Source: Zymomonas mobilis subsp. mobilis ATCC 10988
GTDB lineage: Bacteria > Pseudomonadota > Alphaproteobacteria > Sphingomonadales > Sphingomonadaceae
DNA: 32,000 nt
Assembly (NCBI RefSeq): GCF_000175255.2
Contig: NC_017262.1
Span: 1,020,001 to 1,052,000 of the forward strand
Direction: 5' to 3'
Under the pieces are notes generated by a model. The model saw nothing but the letters and a program-made list of their open reading frames with translations, made no database searches and had not been told where the DNA came from. Of the stretch, positions 28,085-32,000 are shown one piece after another. A program made the translations under genes and the position numbers. How positions within the stretch are numbered: the first letter of the stretch is position 1; each line of letters starts with the position of its first letter.

Positions 28085-31000
28085 ATGCGTATCAAAATTG
28101 GCGTTTCTGTCGCCAGTAAAATTGGTTTTGCTTCTCATCAGAATGCGGTCCCGTTAATTCACGATTTGGAAATAACCAATCCGACCTCGGAAGATTTTCA
28201 GGATTTGACCTTGATCCTGAAAGCGGATTTACCCTTTATTGAAGAAGTCCGTTGGAGAATTCCTCTTTTAAAAAAAGAAGAAAGCTATCAGCTTGCTTTG
28301 CAGCCGGTGATTTTAGACGCTGGTTTTCTGCATGATTTAAACGAAAATCTGACAACTCATCTGACTTTCTCGCTTGTCAAAGGCGATACTATTCTGGCCG
28401 AAACTGTCTTGCCGGTTGAGCTGCTGTCTTATGACCAATGGGGTGGTTATAAGACGATGTCGGAATTGCTGCCCGCCTTTGCTATGCCGAATGATCCGGT
28501 CATTGATTCCGTCTTGAAATCGGCTTCTGATGTTTTGGAAAAAGCTGGAAGATTGGCTTCGATTGAAGGTTACCAGTCACAGTCGCGGGAACGGGTTTGG
28601 GAAATAACCTCTGCCATTTGGTCGGCACTTTGCGGCTTGCATCTATCTGAAGCCCCGATGCCTGACCAATATGCTGAAAATGGTCAGAAAATACGGACGC
28701 CTGAACGCATTATATCAGGGCAGATCGCCAATAGCCTTGATGCGGCCTTGCTTTTGGCCGCAGTGTTAGAAAAATCCGGATTAAACGCTTTGGTCGTTTT
28801 GTTACGAGAGACCGTTTTGGTGGGGGTCTGGTTACAGCCGATTGAATTTGCCTCTCTTATTACCGATGAAGCGGCGGCCTTGAGGCGGCGGGTCGATTTA
28901 AAAGATATGCTGTTACTGGATTCTCGGCTTTTATTGCAGCTGATACCCTCTGCTTTGTCTGTTGCCGAGCGAGAGGCTCTGAAAAAAATTGCCGAAGAGC
29001 GTGCCGCCGATTTTGTTATGGCGATTGATATCCATCGGGCGCGTTTACAAAAAATCCGGCCTTTAAATAGCTTGTCGGGGAATGGTGAAGCATTTTCGCC
29101 ATCTGAATGGGAAGCGGCTGAAGCCTTTGAAACTGCGCCGGTATTACCCGCTTTTGATGTTGAAAGGCCGGAAAGTGATGCCATCGCAAAAGATCGGCTA
29201 ACCAGTTGGCAGCGCAAATTATTGGAATTAACGCCGCGCAATCGGTTGTTAAATTTACCTGCCAAAAGCAAACAGGTGCCTTTGATCTGTTCAGACCCGA
29301 TGAAGCTAGAAATTGGGTTGAGCGACGGTAAAAAGCTGAAAATCGTAGCGATGCCGGATTTTTCGGCCAATGGGCGCGATAAAGAACTGTATGCCTCACA
29401 AAATCAGAGTGATTTGCTTCAAGAAATGGCAGAAGCGGCTATGGCGAAAGGTGAAATTATGTCTTCACTTTCGGCGAATGCTTTGGAAGCGGCTCTGATT
29501 GATCTTTACCGGAAAGCCAGAAGCGATATTGACGAGGGCGGGGCGAATACCCTGTTTTTGGCAATCGGTTTTCTGAAATGGAAGCGGCATCCTGAAGAAA
29601 CGCGGGAATATTACGCGCCTCTGGTGCTGTTACCGGTGACTTTGGAACGGAAAAATGCCCTGTCAGGTCTGGTTCTGGTCAGGCATGAAGATGAAATCCG
29701 TTTCAATCTAACACTTCTGGAAATGTTGCGGCATGATTTTAGCCTGACAATACCAGAATTGAATAAGGCTTTGCCAGAGCAAGACGGGCTTGTTGATATT
29801 GCAGCGATATGGAATATTATCCGTCACGCTATTCGGGATATTAAAGGTTTCGAGCTAATCCCCGAAGTCAGTTTAAGCACTTTTTCCTTTGTCAAATATT
29901 TGATGTGGAAAGATTTAACCGATCGTTCTGATCAGTTAAAAGAAAGTCCTCTTGTTCATTATCTGTTAGACCGGACAAAAGAGAATTTACCTAAAAATAA
30001 GCATTTTCCCACTGCTGAAACGCTCGATAAAACCGTTAATCCAGGCGAATTATTTACCCCTTTACCTGCGGATAGCTCTCAATTAGCGGCGATTGTGGCC
30101 TCGGCTAAAGGCTGTGATTTTGTTCTGGATGGTCCTCCGGGGACAGGGAAATCCCAGACTATCGCCAATATTATTGCCCATAATCTGGCTTTGGGGCGGC
30201 GCGTTTTATTCGTAGCAGAGAAAAAAGCCGCACTCGATGTCGTTCAGCGGCGTTTAAATGCCAATGGATTAGGCGATTTCTGTCTGGAACTTCATTCCAG
30301 CAAGGCGACCCGTAGCGAAGTTATTAAACAGCTCAATCGAGCTTGGGCAGCGAGTAAGGATATTCCCGAAGCTGACTGGAAAAGTGAAGCTGAAAAGCTG
30401 CGGCAGTTGCGCGACAACCTTAATGAAGTCGTTCATTTGTTGCATCAGCGTCAGCCGAATGGGCTAACGCTCTATCAAGCAATCGGGGTTGTGGTTCGGG
30501 ATGGTGGCCGTGCGGTGCCTCGTCTGAATTTTTATCATCCGCTGCAACATAGTGAGCAAGACCTTGCTCATTTTCGTGATCTGGCGCAGCGTTTAGGGCT
30601 GGCTTGGCAGGAAGTTGAAGATATCCCGCAGGATTTCGATGCAGTAACGGTAAGCGAATGGTCGAATGGTTGGCAGGAATCCATTGTTGCAGCAGCCAAG
30701 AAGTTAAAAAATGCTGTTTTAGAAGTGATTGCCGCCAAAGAGGCTATTATTGAGGCTTCTAATTTGCCGATTATGGCCGATAGTCGCGACGGATTGGAGC
30801 AATTAAGTCATTTTATCCATTTGTTGGGAAAAGCCTATGGCCGGAATTGTTATCTGGCTTTCTCACCTGAAAAAAATAAAATTATCGAGGCCGCTTATCA
30901 GCTTATTTCTATTCTAAAAAGCTATCGCAAAGAGGCTTCCGGTCTGTCTGTCCGCTATGATCGCGATATTCTAAGACGGCTACGCACACATCCACGCCGA

Positions 31001-32000
31001 TTATGGCAGGAGTGGGAAAAAGCTGACCAGCGCTTCTGGTTCTTTTCTGTTTTTGAAAAGAAAAAAATTATCAAGCATTTGGCTAAAGCTGGACGCACCA
31101 AAGGCCGGATTGATGCCGCGCATGATTTGCCTCGTCTGGTGATGATGGGGCGATTCTATGAAAAGCTCTATCACTTAAGAAAAACAATGCCTGCCTTGAA
31201 ATATTTTTCTGGCTGGAAAGGTATTAGCAGCAATCTGACGATGATTGCAGATGAATGCAGCTTTGCCGAAGAATTGGAAGCTGCGGTTACAGCGCAGGCA
31301 GCTAACCCCGCCCATTTGATCGAATTACGGCAAGCTGTCAAAAATCTGGTTATGGAGGCGAATGCGCTATTAGACCCTGCTTCGCCTTTAATGATTGCAG
31401 CGCGGCGGCTGAAAAGTGCTTTGCAAATATTGGATAGAGCCAAGGATAGTTTTGTTTCTTTGGCTGATTCCGATATGCCCAATGACCCAAAGGCATGGCT
31501 GGAATTGGCTGAAACCATTATCAGCTATGAAAACCGTTTGCAGGCTTGGGCGAATTGGCAACGGATTCGGTATGAAGCAGTATCAGCGGGACTAAAACCT
31601 TTGGTCGATGCGATCGAAAGTCATGCGATCCCAAGCGATCAGGTGGCTTCTGCCTTTGAAGCCGGTTATGCGCGCTGGTTTGCCAGTAATCTGATTGATG
31701 CTGAACCGCGATTGCGGCGTTTCTCTTCGGCTATGCAGATGGCTGATATTGCGGCTTTCCGAAAAGTTGATGACCGTGTGTCTGAATTATCAGTGCAATA
31801 TATTCGGGCGCAATTAGCTAAAAATATTGCGGTTGATGAAAATAACGGTTTGCCTGCTGGTTATGCCATTTTGAAAAGACAGCTTCAATTAAAGCATCCT
31901 ATGCCTATCCGGCAGTTGATTAGCGAAATGGGTGATGATTTCGGACGCTTGGCACCTTGTATGCTGATGAGTCCATTATCAGTTGCCCAGTTTTTACCGC
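28085..32000 (+). CDS. Very large DUF4011-type / Upf1-like SF1 helicase-family protein, 3'-truncated by the window (at least 1,305 codons); not in the supplied ORF track
   Basis: By hand translation, the frame is open from ATG 28085 to 31999. The nearest upstream in-frame stop is TAG 27989-27991, and alternative TTG starts exist at 28025 and 28079. Motifs found: SWQRKLLELTPRNRLLNL (from 29204), GANTLFLAIGFLKWK, APLVLLPVTLER, Walker A LDGPPGTGKSQTIANII (GPPGTGKS = 30131-30154), and VLFVAEKKAALDVVQRRL..GLGDFCLELHSSKA. The window ends at CMLMSPLSVAQFLP, before any DExx motif II. Confidence 0.85.
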   Translation, partial: MRIKIGVSVASKIGFASHQNAVPLIHDLEITNPTSEDFQDLTLILKADLPFIEEVRWRIPLLKKEESYQLALQPVILDAGFLHDLNENLTTHLTFSLVKGDTILAETVLPVELLSYDQWGGYKTMSELLPAFAMPNDPVIDSVLKSASDVLEKAGRLASIEGYQSQSRERVWEITSAIWSALCGLHLSEAPMPDQYAENGQKIRTPERIISGQIANSLDAALLLAAVLEKSGLNALVVLLRETVLVGVWLQPIEFASLITDEAAALRRRVDLKDMLLLDSRLLLQLIPSALSVAEREALKKIAEERAADFVMAIDIHRARLQKIRPLNSLSGNGEAFSPSEWEAAEAFETAPVLPAFDVERPESDAIAKDRLTSWQRKLLELTPRNRLLNLPAKSKQVPLICSDPMKLEIGLSDGKKLKIVAMPDFSANGRDKELYASQNQSDLLQEMAEAAMAKGEIMSSLSANALEAALIDLYRKARSDIDEGGANTLFLAIGFLKWKRHPEETREYYAPLVLLPVTLERKNALSGLVLVRHEDEIRFNLTLLEMLRHDFSLTIPELNKALPEQDGLVDIAAIWNIIRHAIRDIKGFELIPEVSLSTFSFVKYLMWKDLTDRSDQLKESPLVHYLLDRTKENLPKNKHFPTAETLDKTVNPGELFTPLPADSSQLAAIVASAKGCDFVLDGPPGTGKSQTIANIIAHNLALGRRVLFVAEKKAALDVVQRRLNANGLGDFCLELHSSKATRSEVIKQLNRAWAASKDIPEADWKSEAEKLRQLRDNLNEVVHLLHQRQPNGLTLYQAIGVVVRDGGRAVPRLNFYHPLQHSEQDLAHFRDLAQRLGLAWQEVEDIPQDFDAVTVSEWSNGWQESIVAAAKKLKNAVLEVIAAKEAIIEASNLPIMADSRDGLEQLSHFIHLLGKAYGRNCYLAFSPEKNKIIEAAYQLISILKSYRKEASGLSVRYDRDILRRLRTHPRRLWQEWEKADQRFWFFSVFEKKKIIKHLAKAGRTKGRIDAAHDLPRLVMMGRFYEKLYHLRKTMPALKYFSGWKGISSNLTMIADECSFAEELEAAVTAQAANPAHLIELRQAVKNLVMEANALLDPASPLMIAARRLKSALQILDRAKDSFVSLADSDMPNDPKAWLELAETIISYENRLQAWANWQRIRYEAVSAGLKPLVDAIESHAIPSDQVASAFEAGYARWFASNLIDAEPRLRRFSSAMQMADIAAFRKVDDRVSELSVQYIRAQLAKNIAVDENNGLPAGYAILKRQLQLKHPMPIRQLISEMGDDFGRLAPCMLMSPLSVAQFLP

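Noticed and set aside
28684-29399. Track ORFs 28684-29370(-) and 29016-29399(-), 228 and 127 aa
   Set aside because: They lie antisense to the long plus-strand helicase frame. Their products are low-complexity, Ser/Ala/Arg-rich and carry no recognisable motifs. These are typical shadow ORFs opposite a real gene.
31171-31518. Track ORF 31171-31518(-), 115 aa
   Set aside because: Same reasoning: it is antisense to the helicase frame, has no motifs, and shows no RBS context.

Overview
This is a chromosomal window from what looks like a Zymomonas/Sphingomonadales-type alphaproteobacterium. That assignment is inferred from gene content (MipZ, AatA-type aminotransferase, tandem-Sm Hfq) and from AT-rich spacers between roughly 45-50% GC genes. 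Most of the window is ordinary housekeeping. In order, the calls are: partial SDR, small WGR protein, tRNA-Pro(CGG), folA, ribF-ileS-lspA, a lipoprotein, queF, a rhodanese::cystathionine-beta-lyase fusion, efp-suhB, a Tat-exported DUF882 peptidase, thiE, mipZ, a membrane J-domain protein, PMM/PGM, SDR, aatA, a class-IV aminotransferase-fold protein, tldD, an EEP-family protein, amtB, hfq-hflX, and yqgE/algH. I saw no transposase, integrase, IS ends, rRNA or CRISPR array. The stand-out is the 3' end. A frame that is open for at least 1,305 codons (28085 to the window edge) is absent from the supplied ORF track because it has no stop codon in the window. It encodes a DUF4011-type N-terminal region followed by a Upf1-like SF1 helicase P-loop. 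Directly upstream and co-directional is a small ParB/Srx-fold (ParBc_2-like) protein. I flag this pair as a candidate uncharacterised helicase-based module, possibly defence or nucleic-acid surveillance. Its 3' half and downstream partners lie outside the window. Secondary observations are an exact 240-nt internal tandem duplication in hfq giving a two-Sm-domain Hfq with divergent rim residues, the rhodanese-MetC gene fusion, two start/stop overlaps, and a structured intergenic element upstream of tldD. All domain assignments come from motif recognition by eye, with no database searches.
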